A DNA stretch of 61,801 nt from Candidatus Ryanbacteria bacterium CG10_big_fil_rev_8_21_14_0_10_43_42 (GCA_002793915.1 PFEF01000003.1:104648-166448); one strand, 5' to 3'; counted from the stretch's first letter, positions 20,071 through 31,151 are shown. Translations and numbers: made by a program. The notes: generated by a model not told the origin, from the letters alone.

Positions 20071-20784
20071 CTACACGATGGAACTTATAACATACCCGAT
20101 ACCATAAGCAATGACGGCCGCAATACCGCCCACAAACAACATTTCAAATCCCTCAAGGACCCAACTATTGCCGGTAAAACGAGAGCGAAGCGCGCCAACT
20201 ACAAAAAGCGTAATGGCCGTAAAAATAATAGCGGTAGAAAAGGTATCGTATGTGCCGGAAATAAAAAGATATGGCGTCAGAGGAATGACTCCTGCTATTA
20301 CGAATGCTGAAAATGTAGCCGCGCCATTCTTTATCGGATGCCCACCCTCATCCACGGGAGAAACACCCAACTCTTCCTGAAGCATAATATCGATCCAAAA
20401 ATCTTTACTTTTGAACAACAAGGGCGACAACACCGCTATATCTTCCGATGTGTATCCTTTTTTCTTTAAGATTCCCTCCATTTCGGTATATTCCCAATGG
20501 GGGTCAGCCTTAAACTCCATCTCTTCCACGCGGCGCTCCCGAAGAGTAAAATGTTTCTCGGACTTACTTCCCAGATAATTAGAGGCCGCCATAGAAAATC
20601 CGTCGGCTATCAAACTGGCGAGACCCAATAAAAGAACAACGGTTGCATCAAGTCCCGCACCGGCAACACCGGCAACCACGGCAAATGTGGTAATAATGCC
20701 ATCATTTGCACCGTACACAATATCTTTAATATAAACCCCGTTCCACGCGTGATCGGGAATATTTTTTCTTTCCGGATGATGCAT
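20071..20784 (-). CDS. VIT1/CCC1-family iron/manganese transporter
   Basis: VYGANDGIITTFAVVAGVAGA motif, central acidic helix region, C-terminal TM helices. Confidence 0.75.
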   Translation of the reverse strand: MHHPERKNIPDHAWNGVYIKDIVYGANDGIITTFAVVAGVAGAGLDATVVLLLGLASLIADGFSMAASNYLGSKSEKHFTLRERRVEEMEFKADPHWEYTEMEGILKKKGYTSEDIAVLSPLLFKSKDFWIDIMLQEELGVSPVDEGGHPIKNGAATFSAFVIAGVIPLTPYLFISGTYDTFSTAIIFTAITLFVVGALRSRFTGNSWVLEGFEMLFVGGIAAVIAYGIGYVISSIV

Positions 20785-20809
20785 AGAACATTATAGGTAT
20801 TGGATAATT

Positions 20810-21457
20810 CTACTTGATGATGATTTTTTCAATGACTATATCCACTGTCGGATGGTCGTTTTCATTTACCGAGACGGTCGCAATTTGATTAACAACATCC
20901 ATGCCGTCTATAACATTACCAAATACCGTATGCAAGCCGTCGAGCCATGGAGCGGCCTCCGCTGTTACGATAAAAAACTGACTGCCGTTTGTGTTTGGTC
21001 CTGCATTTGCCATGGCAAGAGCTCCGCGCTCTACTTTATGACTGTTAATCTCATCCTCGAACATATATCCGGGCCCGCCCCGTCCGTCATTCGACCAATC
21101 ATCGTCCTTGCTGTTTGGATCGCCTCCCTGAATCATGAAGTCTTTAATGACACGATGAAACATTGTTCCTTCATAAAACCCTTCCGTTGAAAGTTTAGCG
21201 AAATTTTCTACTGTTTTTGGAGCTTCGTTTGGAAACAATTCCACTGTGATAACGCCTTTATTGGTATGTATTTCCGCTTGTTGCATAGATGGTATGGTTG
21301 TATCTGCAGAAGAACTGGAAGATACCGTTAAATCTGATAATGTTTCTTGTTGTTCTGTTATTATTTCTTCTTCTACGGGCTGTTCTTTGTTATTTACAAA
21401 AAAAATAACGCCTCCCAAAAGTATAATTGCTATAATAATTCCTATACCTGCTTTCAT
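20810..21457 (-). CDS. Cyclophilin-type peptidyl-prolyl cis-trans isomerase, membrane anchored
   Basis: [30 protein letters not shown]. Confidence 0.9.
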   Translation of the reverse strand: MKAGIGIIIAIILLGGVIFFVNNKEQPVEEEIITEQQETLSDLTVSSSSSADTTIPSMQQAEIHTNKGVITVELFPNEAPKTVENFAKLSTEGFYEGTMFHRVIKDFMIQGGDPNSKDDDWSNDGRGGPGYMFEDEINSHKVERGALAMANAGPNTNGSQFFIVTAEAAPWLDGLHTVFGNVIDGMDVVNQIATVSVNENDHPTVDIVIEKIIIK

Positions 21458-21660
21458 GATAGTACAAATATTATTTCTAATATATATGCGATAATGATAA
21501 AAATCATGCCGAAAATCCCCACAACATGCTCTTGCCTCATTTCACGAAATACCCGCTTATCAATACGATGTTCCTGGCGCACGCGCCAATGCACGCGTAT
21601 AGCTGTATAAGCAATCATGAGCTTTCCGACAACATCCAAAGTGGTGATGATTATTTCCAT
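21454..21660 (-). CDS. Hypothetical small membrane protein
   Basis: 68-aa ORF overlapping the downstream start by 4 nt; two hydrophobic segments. Confidence 0.35.
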   Translation of the reverse strand: MEIIITTLDVVGKLMIAYTAIRVHWRVRQEHRIDKRVFREMRQEHVVGIFGMIFIIIAYILEIIFVLS

Positions 21661-21758
21661 TACTTTAACATAGTAGCATTTCTCATACGCAGTGGGTAGT
21701 ATGGAGCATACAGAGCACGATATGCATCTTATGCTCTTTTTATCTCATATGCTACGCC

Positions 21759-22442
21759 ATGAATAATTTTCAGGATTACAAAAAGCAATGGATCAAAAAA
21801 GAATCCGCCACGGAAACAAAAAAACGGGCGGCACGGATTTATGATATTCTTCTCGCAACATATCCCCATTCCGGCATGATGCTTGCCTATGAAACACCTG
21901 TTCAACTTTTGGTAGCCGTTATGCTTTCCGCGCAGTGTACCGATAAAAAAGTAAATGAGGTTACGAAAAATCTTTTCAAAAAATATAAAACCGCCGCTGA
22001 TTTTGCGAATGCACAGCCGCACATATTTGAAAAAGAAATTTATCAAACCGGATTTTATAAAGCAAAAACAAAACACATTATCGCCACTGCTAAAATTCTG
22101 GAAAAAAAATTTTCCGGCATACTTCCTTCTAGCATAGAAGACATGCTTGTTCTTCCGGGTGTCGCGCGTAAAACCGCTAATGTCGTTTTGGGAAATGCAT
22201 ACGGTATTGTTGAAGGTATTGCGGTAGATACGCATGTATCCCGCATAGCACAGCGACTGGGACTTACAAAACACCTGCCGCCTGAAAAAATAGAGCGGGA
22301 TTTAATGATATTGTTTTCGAAAAAAAAGTGGTTTCATCTTACCTATCTCTTTATAGAGCATGGACGCGCATTATGTTCCTCTCGAAAACCCCATTGCGAC
22401 CGATGTCCTCTCAAAAAAATCTGCCCGTCTTCTTTTGTGTAG
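21759..22442 (+). CDS. nth: Endonuclease III
   Basis: HhH-GPD (LPGVARKTANVVL) and C-terminal 4Fe-4S cluster Cx6Cx2Cx5C (CSSRKPHCDRCPLKKIC). Confidence 0.9.
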   Translation: MNNFQDYKKQWIKKESATETKKRAARIYDILLATYPHSGMMLAYETPVQLLVAVMLSAQCTDKKVNEVTKNLFKKYKTAADFANAQPHIFEKEIYQTGFYKAKTKHIIATAKILEKKFSGILPSSIEDMLVLPGVARKTANVVLGNAYGIVEGIAVDTHVSRIAQRLGLTKHLPPEKIERDLMILFSKKKWFHLTYLFIEHGRALCSSRKPHCDRCPLKKICPSSFV

Positions 22443-22457
22443 CGTTATTAATCAAAA

Positions 22458-22490
22458 AACCATAAGGAAGACCATATGGTTTTTTATTTT
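22458..22490 (+). terminator. Intrinsic terminator after nth
   Basis: AACCATA/TATGGTT stem followed by TTTTTATTTTT. Confidence 0.6.
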
Positions 22491-22525
22491 TGCGCATCGT
22501 AACACTTCCCGCGCACACACTACCA

Positions 22526-22795
22526 TTACAGCATTCCCTGCATTTTTTGCGCCATAATATTTTTTACCTTTGTAAGCGCATCGGAAAATGCCTCTTTCGC
22601 ATTTCGTTCAACTGCTTCTTTTGACATATCAGCACCATCAGAAATATTTACACGAAGTACGTCTTGGTTTCCGTTTACCGTTACCTGAAACGCACTGTCT
22701 CGAGACATACCCGTAACTTCTTCTTTTGCGAGAGCCGCCTGCATTGCACGCGCCTGTTTTTGCAATTGGTATACATCTTTTAATTTATCAAACAT
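22526..22795 (-). CDS. YbaB/EbfC-family nucleoid-associated protein
   Basis: 89 aa; LQKQARAMQAAL...VTVNGNQDVLRVNI pattern. Confidence 0.7.
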   Translation of the reverse strand: MFDKLKDVYQLQKQARAMQAALAKEEVTGMSRDSAFQVTVNGNQDVLRVNISDGADMSKEAVERNAKEAFSDALTKVKNIMAQKMQGML

Positions 22796-22824
22796 GTCCG
22801 TAATAGTTAGCTATAATAAAATAT

Positions 22825-24177
22825 CTACACAGCTCGCACAGCTTCTTCTATGCTTGTTACCCCCATTTTTACTTTTTCAGCGGCACGTTCGCGCAGTGTA
22901 CGCATACCTTCCCCTTCCACATATGTCTGCAGTTCATTAAACGGCGCCCTGTCAACAATCATTGCGCGCAGTTTATTGGTAAATACAAGTACGGAATAAA
23001 TACCCATACGCCCCACATATCCGGTATTGTTACATTCCTTACACCCTACCGCCTTCATAAAAGATCCTTCTTCTTCCTTAAGACCAATATGTTCTAACGC
23101 CAGTTTTGACGGCGCCGTATCTGCCACCTTACATGCCGTGCAAAGCGAACGCAATAGCCGCTGAGCAATAATGCCATTGACCGCATATGCTATCAAACTG
23201 CGTTCAATATTCATATCAATAAGACGCGCAATGGTGCCTATGGTTGTATTGGAATGCACGGTAGACCCGACGAGTCGCCCGATAAGAGAGGCGCGCATCG
23301 CGTGCTCCGCCGTTTCCTGATCACGAATTTCCCCCACCATCAACACGTCCGGATCTTGCCGCAAAATAGAACGCATTCCCACAGCATAGGTCAATCCCCA
23401 ATCGTTACGAATTTGCGTTTGCCTAATATCTCCAAAATAAAATTCCACGGGATCTTCCAAGGTTACAATATTTTTATCCTTGCCTTTTAATTCCTGAAGA
23501 ATGGAATAGAGTGTTGTCGTTTTTCCGGATCCGGAAGGACCGGTTATAAGAAGCATGCCGTAGCTACGGGTAATGAGTCCATTTATTAAATTTCGCTCTT
23601 CCGGATTCATCCCCAAGTCGTCCAAAGGAATAAGAATATCAGAACGGTTTAGTAAACGAAACACCGCCGCATCCCCATATACGGTAGGAAAAATAGATAC
23701 GCGTACGTCCAAAACATACACGCCCGACGGATGCATGCCCGAAGAAGGCGGTGCGGGATCCTGCTCTTTAGCCGGCACATCTTCCGAAACCTCATCACCA
23801 TCATTAAATAACGCCGCTAGCGCCTCCCGTAACGGAGCCGGTTCCTTATTTTTTTCGGGCTTCTTGGGTATGCTTTTCTCCTGTGCATCCTTTATTTCCA
23901 CGGTAAGCTCAAAATGACCATCTTGAGGAAGACGACTTGTGTAATCGAGACTTGATATTGCACGCACCCTATTGAGAAGAGTTTCGAGCTCATGAAGAGG
24001 TCGTTCGGCTTGTTGTTCCAAATGCCCATCAATACGAAACCGAATACGCAATTTATCTGCGAGAGGCTCAATATGAACATCAGAAGCGCGCTTACGGGCG
24101 GCATCTTCCAAAATTACATTAAGTATTGCGGCCGCGGTTACGTCAGGTGATGAATTATTTTGTGTAGGCATACACAC
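22825..24177 (-). CDS. GspE/PilB-family type II/IV secretion ATPase
   Basis: Walker A GPSGSGKTTT, Asp/His boxes, tetracysteine motif CTACK...CKECNNTG. Confidence 0.85.
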   Translation of the reverse strand: MCMPTQNNSSPDVTAAAILNVILEDAARKRASDVHIEPLADKLRIRFRIDGHLEQQAERPLHELETLLNRVRAISSLDYTSRLPQDGHFELTVEIKDAQEKSIPKKPEKNKEPAPLREALAALFNDGDEVSEDVPAKEQDPAPPSSGMHPSGVYVLDVRVSIFPTVYGDAAVFRLLNRSDILIPLDDLGMNPEERNLINGLITRSYGMLLITGPSGSGKTTTLYSILQELKGKDKNIVTLEDPVEFYFGDIRQTQIRNDWGLTYAVGMRSILRQDPDVLMVGEIRDQETAEHAMRASLIGRLVGSTVHSNTTIGTIARLIDMNIERSLIAYAVNGIIAQRLLRSLCTACKVADTAPSKLALEHIGLKEEEGSFMKAVGCKECNNTGYVGRMGIYSVLVFTNKLRAMIVDRAPFNELQTYVEGEGMRTLRERAAEKVKMGVTSIEEAVRAV

Positions 24178-24211
24178 ATATTACCATATATGATTCGAGA
24201 GCACATATTCA

Positions 24212-24427
24212 TTACCGAATGGGCTCAATAATTATTGTTTGTTCCACCGGACGTGGCGTCAGTGTACTGTCGAGAATACGGAAACTTTGTGACGACAACT
24301 CTTGCGGAGGTACGCCATCGCCATCTAAAGCGTTATTCTTTGTATACACAACAAATCCGCCGGCAATAATAAGAAGCGCAATTAACCATATATTTTGAAA
24401 AAGTATGGCTTTAATTTCATTTCTCAT
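24212..24427 (-). CDS. Hypothetical small membrane protein
   Basis: 71-aa ORF with one TM helix. Confidence 0.3.
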   Translation of the reverse strand: MRNEIKAILFQNIWLIALLIIAGGFVVYTKNNALDGDGVPPQELSSQSFRILDSTLTPRPVEQTIIIEPIR

Positions 24428-24540
24428 GACATAACCATTATACCTCTTTAAGGATTTTTTGATAAAAAACCTCCCCCGGAAGTAATCAGAGCGAAATCAA
24501 TACGGCCTGCGCAACGCCACGCATTAAGCAAGAAGATTTT

Positions 24541-25578
24541 TTATTCCCAATCGAGGGCACCACCGGTTTGATACTCAATAACACGTGTTTCAAAAAAGTT
24601 TTTCTCTTTAGAAAGATCCGCCGCTTCCGACATCCAGGGAAAAGGATTTTCCACATTGTACTCCGCCCGAAGGCCGATACTCATGAGTCGCCTATCTGCA
24701 ATATGTTCAATATAATGCTTAAAGCCTTCCGCATTCATACCAAAAATACCCTTGGGAAAGACATTCTGCGCATATATATACTCAAGCTCAACAGCTTTCT
24801 TAATAAGATCCGTAATGTGTTGCTGAAATGCGGGCGTCCACAATTCAGGCTGTTCATCTTTTATCGTATTAATCATTTTGATACCAAAATTAAGATGCAT
24901 TGATTCATCCCGCATAATGTACTGAATTTGCTCGGCCGCTCCCACCATTTTATTTTGCCGTTGAAACCCGAATATGACCGCAAAAGAACTGTAGAAGAAA
25001 ATTCCCTCCATAATAAGTGAAAATACAATGAGATTTTCCAAAAAAGTTTGATCATTTTCAAATGTGCCGGTTTTGAAGTGAGGCGAAAAAATCCCTTCAT
25101 TAAAACCAAGAACAAATATGTCTTTGTTGTAGATGGCATCATTTTCACGGTACATATTAAATATGCGTGCTTCGTCCATACCCAAACTTTCCACGATATA
25201 CTGATAAGCGTGTGTGTGGATTGCTTCTTCATATGCCTGGCGTAAAAGATACAGCCGACATTCCGGCGATGTAATATGTTTATATGTTGCAAGAACAATA
25301 TTATTTGCCGCAAGCGAATCTGCCGTCGAAAAAAACCCGAGCGCCGTTTCCAAAGCCAAACGCTCATCCGAAGAAAGCGCGTAGGGCGATTTCCATTGCT
25401 CCACATCTCTTTGCATATTAATTTCGGTAGGCAACCAATGGTTTGCATTGGCGGCATTATATGCATCCCATGCAAACTTATGCTTTATGGGATATAGCTG
25501 TACCACATCGGCACTCTCTCCGTTTATAATACGGCGCTTATTGATATCCACGCTTTCTGTTGTTCGTTGAATAGACAT
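24541..25578 (-). CDS. nrdB: Class I ribonucleotide reductase beta subunit
   Basis: Ferritin-like di-iron ligand context (EEAIHTHAY, EGIFFYSSF, RDESMHL); adjacent to nrdA. Confidence 0.85.
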   Translation of the reverse strand: MSIQRTTESVDINKRRIINGESADVVQLYPIKHKFAWDAYNAANANHWLPTEINMQRDVEQWKSPYALSSDERLALETALGFFSTADSLAANNIVLATYKHITSPECRLYLLRQAYEEAIHTHAYQYIVESLGMDEARIFNMYRENDAIYNKDIFVLGFNEGIFSPHFKTGTFENDQTFLENLIVFSLIMEGIFFYSSFAVIFGFQRQNKMVGAAEQIQYIMRDESMHLNFGIKMINTIKDEQPELWTPAFQQHITDLIKKAVELEYIYAQNVFPKGIFGMNAEGFKHYIEHIADRRLMSIGLRAEYNVENPFPWMSEAADLSKEKNFFETRVIEYQTGGALDWE

Positions 25579-25620
25579 ACGTTTTAGAAATTTAATATTC
25601 GAATTCCAAATGTATCAATT

Positions 25621-28581
25621 TTATTGACATGATTCACAACTAGGATCATCTATCTTGCACACCGGAACATATGGTTCCGGCGCACTATCTCCGATATTGA
25701 TAGCTGATGAAGATCGTTCTTTTTCCCCCAAGCCATGCGGTAGGGCATAATCAGCGGTTGCAATATGTGGAACAGCAGACTCTTTTGCACTTTTTTCTTC
25801 CGTAATAATATGCCTATTTCCTTCCGTTAACGGTGTAACGCTAGTAGACACAGTCACGCTTTCAACGGACACTATAGCGGGCGATTCTTTCTTGCGCGTA
25901 TGTGTGGTGCCAAATTCCGATGTGCTTATCGTTGATTTTTCCACCTGCGAAGCCGCCAATGTGCGAAGATAATAGGTAGTTTTAAGCCCCATCTCCCAGG
26001 CATAATGATATATATCGGAAAGCTGTCTGCCAGAGGAACCCATGAAGAAAATATTAAGAGATTGACTTTGATCGATCCATTTTCCCCGATGAGCGGCGGC
26101 CCGGATGAGCCAGCGGGGATTAATTTGGAATACCTCTTTATATTTTTCCTTTATATGTTCCGGGATACCGGGAATGTGTTCGATATTGCCGTCCGCAAAT
26201 TTAATTTTACCGAGCATTTCCTTACTCCACAAACCCAACTTTTTCAAATCTTCTACCAGATATTCATTTACGATCGTAAAATCTCCCGACATATTCGATT
26301 TTACATAAATATTTTTATAGATGGGCTCAATGGACGGAATAGCACCCACAACATTTGACGTGCTTGCCGTGGGGGCTACAGCCAAACAATTCGAATTACG
26401 CATACCATATGCCTTTATAGATTCCCGTACCGGTGTCCAGTCCAGTTTACTGCGGCGGGATACCGGAATTTTTTCTCCGCGCTCTGATTCCAGAATATCC
26501 AACGTGTCCTGCGGTAATATACCCCTATCCCACTTGGATCCCTTAAATGTTTCATACGATCCCCGTTCGCGAGCAAGTTCACTAGAGGTAAGATATGCAT
26601 GATACGCGACAATCTCCATACTTTCATCCGCAAATTGTACGGCGGCCTCCGAATCAAATGCGACATTCATTTGATAAAGTGCATCGTGAAATCCGCCCAT
26701 ACCAAGTCCCACCGGACGATGCCTCATATTAGATTTTTCTGTTTCCTTTGTGGGATAATAATTTGCATCAATAACATTATCAAGCATACGCATCCCTATA
26801 CGCGTTGTTTCCGCGGCCTTTGCTTCGTCGAAAGAACCATTCGTCACATGACGGGCAAAATTAATCCATCCAAGATTGCATACCGCCGTTTCGTCTGCCG
26901 AATTATTAAGCGTAATTTCCGTACATAAGTTTGAATTGTGTACCACGCCCACATGATCTTGCGGAGAACGTATATTGGAAGGGTCTTTAAATGTAACCCA
27001 CGGATGTCCCGTTTCAAACAGCATAACAAGCATCTTTTTCCAAAGATCGCGCGCTTTTATGCGTTTCCATAATTGAATTTTTCCCTCATCCGCCAGACGT
27101 TCATATTGCGCATATTTCTCCTCAAACTTTTTTCCGTACAATTCATGAAGATCCGGCGTCTCGTTTGGTGAAAACAACGTCCATCCACCGTCTTCCCGAA
27201 CGCGCTTCATAAATAAATCAGGAATCCAGTTCGCCGTGTTAATATCGTGTGTTCGACGACGCTCATCACCGGTATTTTTTCTAAGCTCAAGAAAATTTTC
27301 TATCTCGTAATGCCATGTCTCTAAATACACACAGGTAGCTCCACGCTTTCGCCCGCTACGGTTAATGGAAATAGTAACGTCATTCATTATCTTAAGAAAG
27401 GGTACCACTCCTTGCGATTCCACTCCCGTAGCCTTCACCAGCGCGCCCGTTGCCCGTACCGGCGTCCAATCCATACCCATACCGCCCGCCCATTTGAGTA
27501 AATTCGCCGAATCGCCATATGACTTGAATATTTCATTCAGATCATCTCCCACCGTGCTTAAGAAACACGAAGAGAGTTGTGCTCGCGTCATGCCTGCATG
27601 ATACAGCGTAGGGCTTGATGGAACGAATCGAAGCGTGGAGAGAACGTCATAGAATTTCTGTGCCCACATATCTTTTTCCTGCTCGCCCATAGCAAGCCCC
27701 ATCGCTACACGCATCCAAAAAATCTGCGGTATCTCAAGCATCTCTTTTGTTTCGGCATTTTTTGTAAAATACTGATCACTTAACCGCTGTACACCCAAAT
27801 ACACCAGTAAATCATCCCTCTCCGGACGAAGTGCGCGAGAAAGAGCGTCCATATCAAAATCCAACATGCGCTTGTCAAATTTTCCTATATCCACCCCCTT
27901 TTGTATATTACGACGAAATGTAGAGCGGTACTGATCACCTATATCCGCATAGCGTACATCAGCCCCAATAACATCCTTATACAATTTATTCAAAAACAAA
28001 CGGGAAGCGACCTTCGCGTACGCCGGATCTATTTCTATAAATGAACGTGTCACCATAACAAGCGTGAGCGCCACCTCCGCAATCGGCATATTGTCATACA
28101 CTTCGTTCTGGCATTGAGCGGCAAGACCTTCAACGTCAACCACGTCTTCATATCCTTTTGCCGCGTACGCAAGAGAGCGACGAATTTTTTCTATGGAAAA
28201 TGGCTCAACGGCACCAGAGCGCTTCACCACATTCAACTGATGCTCTTCGATGCGCTTTAATACCTCTTTTTTCTTCTCGGCACGCTCCTTAGCATGATCA
28301 TACCGGTAAATAATATAAGACTTCGCCACATCGAAAAATCCTTCCCCCATAATCTTACGCTCCACCACATCCTGCACCTCTTCTACCGACGGTATGCTTT
28401 CTTTTTCGGAAAATATAAATTCCAACTCTGAAATAACCTGGTGCGTGATTGACCGCAGGCGATCTTCATCTATGGTGCCTTTTGTGGCAAAAAAAGCATT
28501 CTGAATGGCAAGAGTAATTTTATGCTGATCAAAATCCACAACTTCTCCGGTTCGTTTTTTGATTTTTTGTAATTTTTCCAT
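25621..28581 (-). CDS. nrdA: Class I ribonucleotide reductase alpha subunit with N-terminal ATP-cone (start set to ATG 28579-28581)
   Basis: ATP-cone (KRTGEVVDFDQHKI), catalytic region NLCTEI, C-terminal CxxC tail (CESCQ). Confidence 0.9.
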   Translation of the reverse strand: MEKLQKIKKRTGEVVDFDQHKITLAIQNAFFATKGTIDEDRLRSITHQVISELEFIFSEKESIPSVEEVQDVVERKIMGEGFFDVAKSYIIYRYDHAKERAEKKKEVLKRIEEHQLNVVKRSGAVEPFSIEKIRRSLAYAAKGYEDVVDVEGLAAQCQNEVYDNMPIAEVALTLVMVTRSFIEIDPAYAKVASRLFLNKLYKDVIGADVRYADIGDQYRSTFRRNIQKGVDIGKFDKRMLDFDMDALSRALRPERDDLLVYLGVQRLSDQYFTKNAETKEMLEIPQIFWMRVAMGLAMGEQEKDMWAQKFYDVLSTLRFVPSSPTLYHAGMTRAQLSSCFLSTVGDDLNEIFKSYGDSANLLKWAGGMGMDWTPVRATGALVKATGVESQGVVPFLKIMNDVTISINRSGRKRGATCVYLETWHYEIENFLELRKNTGDERRRTHDINTANWIPDLFMKRVREDGGWTLFSPNETPDLHELYGKKFEEKYAQYERLADEGKIQLWKRIKARDLWKKMLVMLFETGHPWVTFKDPSNIRSPQDHVGVVHNSNLCTEITLNNSADETAVCNLGWINFARHVTNGSFDEAKAAETTRIGMRMLDNVIDANYYPTKETEKSNMRHRPVGLGMGGFHDALYQMNVAFDSEAAVQFADESMEIVAYHAYLTSSELARERGSYETFKGSKWDRGILPQDTLDILESERGEKIPVSRRSKLDWTPVRESIKAYGMRNSNCLAVAPTASTSNVVGAIPSIEPIYKNIYVKSNMSGDFTIVNEYLVEDLKKLGLWSKEMLGKIKFADGNIEHIPGIPEHIKEKYKEVFQINPRWLIRAAAHRGKWIDQSQSLNIFFMGSSGRQLSDIYHYAWEMGLKTTYYLRTLAASQVEKSTISTSEFGTTHTRKKESPAIVSVESVTVSTSVTPLTEGNRHIITEEKSAKESAVPHIATADYALPHGLGEKERSSSAINIGDSAPEPYVPVCKIDDPSCESCQ

Positions 28582-28636
28582 AGGCACGAAATGAACGCTC
28601 TTGCGTAAGAACTTAAATTAATAAGGAAAATGAAAC

Positions 28637-28694
28637 GTCTTGTTACAAATTCACTTCCGTCTTTGTCAAAAGAAAAACGAACTTGTAACAAGAC
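28637..28694 (-). promoter_or_regulatory. 12-bp inverted repeat in the nrdA leader
   Basis: GTCTTGTTACAA (28637-28648) and TTGTAACAAGAC (28683-28694), 34-nt spacer, about 55 nt upstream of the nrdA start. Confidence 0.35.
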
Positions 28695-28883
28695 TTTTTA
28701 TAAGAACGCGCGGGTCATTTTTTGAACATAAACACATCTTATGCCCGCCCACCTATTCTACTACAAACATGCCCCAACATGAATGCGGCCGTAAAAAAAA
28801 CCGAGTAAACTCGATTCATGCTTGTGGATAACTTTCTGGAATTCTTGACAGTATTCTTTAAAACATGGTGCCGTAAAAAATTA

Positions 28884-29288
28884 TTACCGCGCGTGTTCCC
28901 CCTCTGGTACAAAAATGGACGGCTCCTGTGGTTTTAGAAGAATTATCAGAGCAACAGACGCACCCAACAAGCCAAAATCACGAAATGTAATCAAATCCAC
29001 GCCCGTAAATACCAATATGGAACATATTTCCAACGCGGAAAAAACAGCGGCAACGCGCACCCCTTTTTGAGGTAAAAATAATGAAAGAAATATGAATGCA
29101 AACAAAAGTTCGACCACCCCCTGCAAGCGTAAAAATGTTTCAAGGGTAGTTATAGTCATAAGTACGTCCATAAACCAGCCCGGAATAAAAGAAATCCAAT
29201 TATCGGGATTGCGCACCAAATCAAAACCGGAATAGAGATACATAGCACCCAACCCCAAACGAAGCGGTATAGAGGGAGAAATAGGCAT
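28884..29288 (-). CDS. Hypothetical 4-TM membrane protein (DoxX-like by eye)
   Basis: 134-aa ORF, four hydrophobic helices. Confidence 0.35.
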   Translation of the reverse strand: MPISPSIPLRLGLGAMYLYSGFDLVRNPDNWISFIPGWFMDVLMTITTLETFLRLQGVVELLFAFIFLSLFLPQKGVRVAAVFSALEICSILVFTGVDLITFRDFGLLGASVALIILLKPQEPSIFVPEGEHAR

Positions 29289-29549
29289 GTGTAGTATAAT
29301 ATATCACACAAAACAAAAAGAACAGGTAAAATCATAAGTAATATACCTCCATCGCGCACTAAAAAAGCCATTGGCGTACCAATGACTTCGACTCGACTGC
29401 TCTTCTCTATACTCTTTGGAATATGTCCCATACTCTTCCGACGTCCGGAGAGGATGGGTCTATGAGCAATACTCATATCCTTGCCGCTCTACGCATCTTT
29501 TTTGAAAAGACCTCAAGCCGACGCAATTCATATTCTTATATGAAACAAT

Positions 29550-30524
29550 CTAGGCGGTTTTTCTCCCATGCAAAGATACTACTTTATCATCTTCTCTCCC
29601 GCTATTGGTTTTCTTATCGTTTGGGTAGAATAACCGGGCAATAACAGAACGGGCGTTTTTTTGATTCATTTTTTGCGCCCGCCAATTTTTTTCCGGCCAG
29701 TTGGGAATTAAAAGAGATCCTTCGTGCAATATAGGAACAATAAACTTCTTTCCATCGTTCATCCCTATAACGGTAAACATATCGGCATTTGCCGCTCCGG
29801 CAAATAAATCCTCCCTCTTTTCTCCGTGCGATCCTGACGGTTCAAAGTTAGGTGTAAACATGCGAACATCTTCTCTCCCAACTAGACTATTCGACCGCGA
29901 CTGTGATTGCCGTTTCTTAGAATGTCCTTTCTTTGAATACCTTCCCGCGGTAAAACCAAATACCGCGAAAAGCAGAAACGGCCATACGGAAACTTCCGTT
30001 TTCGTTGTCTTTTCGACAAGACTGCCTCTTGCTCCAATAAAAGCTTTTTTCAACTCCGTGTTTTCTGTGGTCAATTGACCGATATTATTTGAAGGACTCA
30101 AAAGTTCCGTTTCCTGAAGGACAACCTTCGGATCAACAACACGCTTTTCCGTCTCCCGTGAAGTCATATCAGCCTGTTCATTATCCTGCGTAAGAGTGAC
30201 GATAACATTCTCTAAATCTTTAATCTTCTGTTCTTGCTCCCTTTGCCGGGCAATCATGCTCCGATACTTTTGGATGCTAATCTCCTCCTCGCATGCATAT
30301 GACGGCACTGTTACCGTATCCCCCTCACGGAGTTTGTGAAAATCTATTCCGGGGTTTAGTTGCCGAACTGCCTGATCCCCGGGCCAACGTGTTTTTGTCC
30401 GAGAAACCCATGCTTCGGAAGCTGTGGGGTTATCTTTCGAAATGGTAATCGTACTGCATTGTTCCGCTCCGGCATGAGACGTCACAGCGAGTATAATTGA
30501 TAATGCGATAAATAACAGCATCAC
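29550..30524 (-). CDS. Hypothetical secreted/membrane protein with coiled-coil and possible LysM-like N-terminal segment
   Basis: Signal peptide, QLNPGIDFHKLREGDTVTVP, heptad-rich middle, one TM helix. Confidence 0.4.
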   Translation of the reverse strand: MMLLFIALSIILAVTSHAGAEQCSTITISKDNPTASEAWVSRTKTRWPGDQAVRQLNPGIDFHKLREGDTVTVPSYACEEEISIQKYRSMIARQREQEQKIKDLENVIVTLTQDNEQADMTSRETEKRVVDPKVVLQETELLSPSNNIGQLTTENTELKKAFIGARGSLVEKTTKTEVSVWPFLLFAVFGFTAGRYSKKGHSKKRQSQSRSNSLVGREDVRMFTPNFEPSGSHGEKREDLFAGAANADMFTVIGMNDGKKFIVPILHEGSLLIPNWPEKNWRAQKMNQKNARSVIARLFYPNDKKTNSGREDDKVVSLHGRKTA

Positions 30525-30544
30525 ACAATCCCCTTTCTTGTTTG

Positions 30545-31006
30545 TTATGCCGCCCTTGAATGCAGAGCGACTCCGTTCCTTTTGTTTTCCCGTACAAAAA
30601 TCGGTACCGTGTCCGTTTTTGGATCTTCCTTTTGTGTTTTTTCTGCGAGAAGCCCCGAGCGAAGTAGTACTATTTCATCTTTCAGTTGGGCAATGTGTAT
30701 AAAAGCAAATGTAAGCCCCGCCTCCTCCAAAACCTCAAGCAGACGTCGCCGTAAAAATTCCACCTCCCACCGCAAACGACATTCGCGTATTTTCAGATTC
30801 TGCATCTCGCCTTCCTCTGTGGCAAGTATTGTTTTTGTGACAACAAGCTCCTTATTTACTTTATTTCTATCGCCCTCTATTCTGCATCGAGCTTCCCTGC
30901 TATACCTAAGTCGAGGTGAAAAATAGAAAAAGACTGCCATTCCGCCAATAATTATTCCCAAAATGGCGCCAAAAATGATACCTATTCCCAAATACCATAT
31001 GTGCAT
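30545..31006 (-). CDS. Hypothetical membrane-anchored coiled-coil protein
   Basis: N-terminal TM helix plus coiled-coil; 20 nt downstream of the previous gene. Confidence 0.4.
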   Translation of the reverse strand: MHIWYLGIGIIFGAILGIIIGGMAVFFYFSPRLRYSREARCRIEGDRNKVNKELVVTKTILATEEGEMQNLKIRECRLRWEVEFLRRRLLEVLEEAGLTFAFIHIAQLKDEIVLLRSGLLAEKTQKEDPKTDTVPIFVRENKRNGVALHSRAA

Positions 31007-31151
31007 ACCATCACCTCCCTTTTTATTATTTTGTTAAGGTTGTTCGTTGTTTTATTAAAGATTTTCTAGCACATATATTATCACAGGTCAATGTTCCGCC
31101 TTTTATTATAAAAGCATTTATCAATAAAATAATGCTCTTACTTATAAGAAA

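Noticed and set aside
21729-22274. 181-aa minus-strand ORF overlapping nth
   Set aside because: It is antisense to a gene with clear HhH and Fe-S motifs, and its Phe/Cys/Lys-rich composition is typical of a shadow ORF.
24873-25475. 200-aa alternative-frame ORF inside nrdB
   Set aside because: It is on the same strand but out of frame with a well-supported nrdB, and its sequence is not protein-like.
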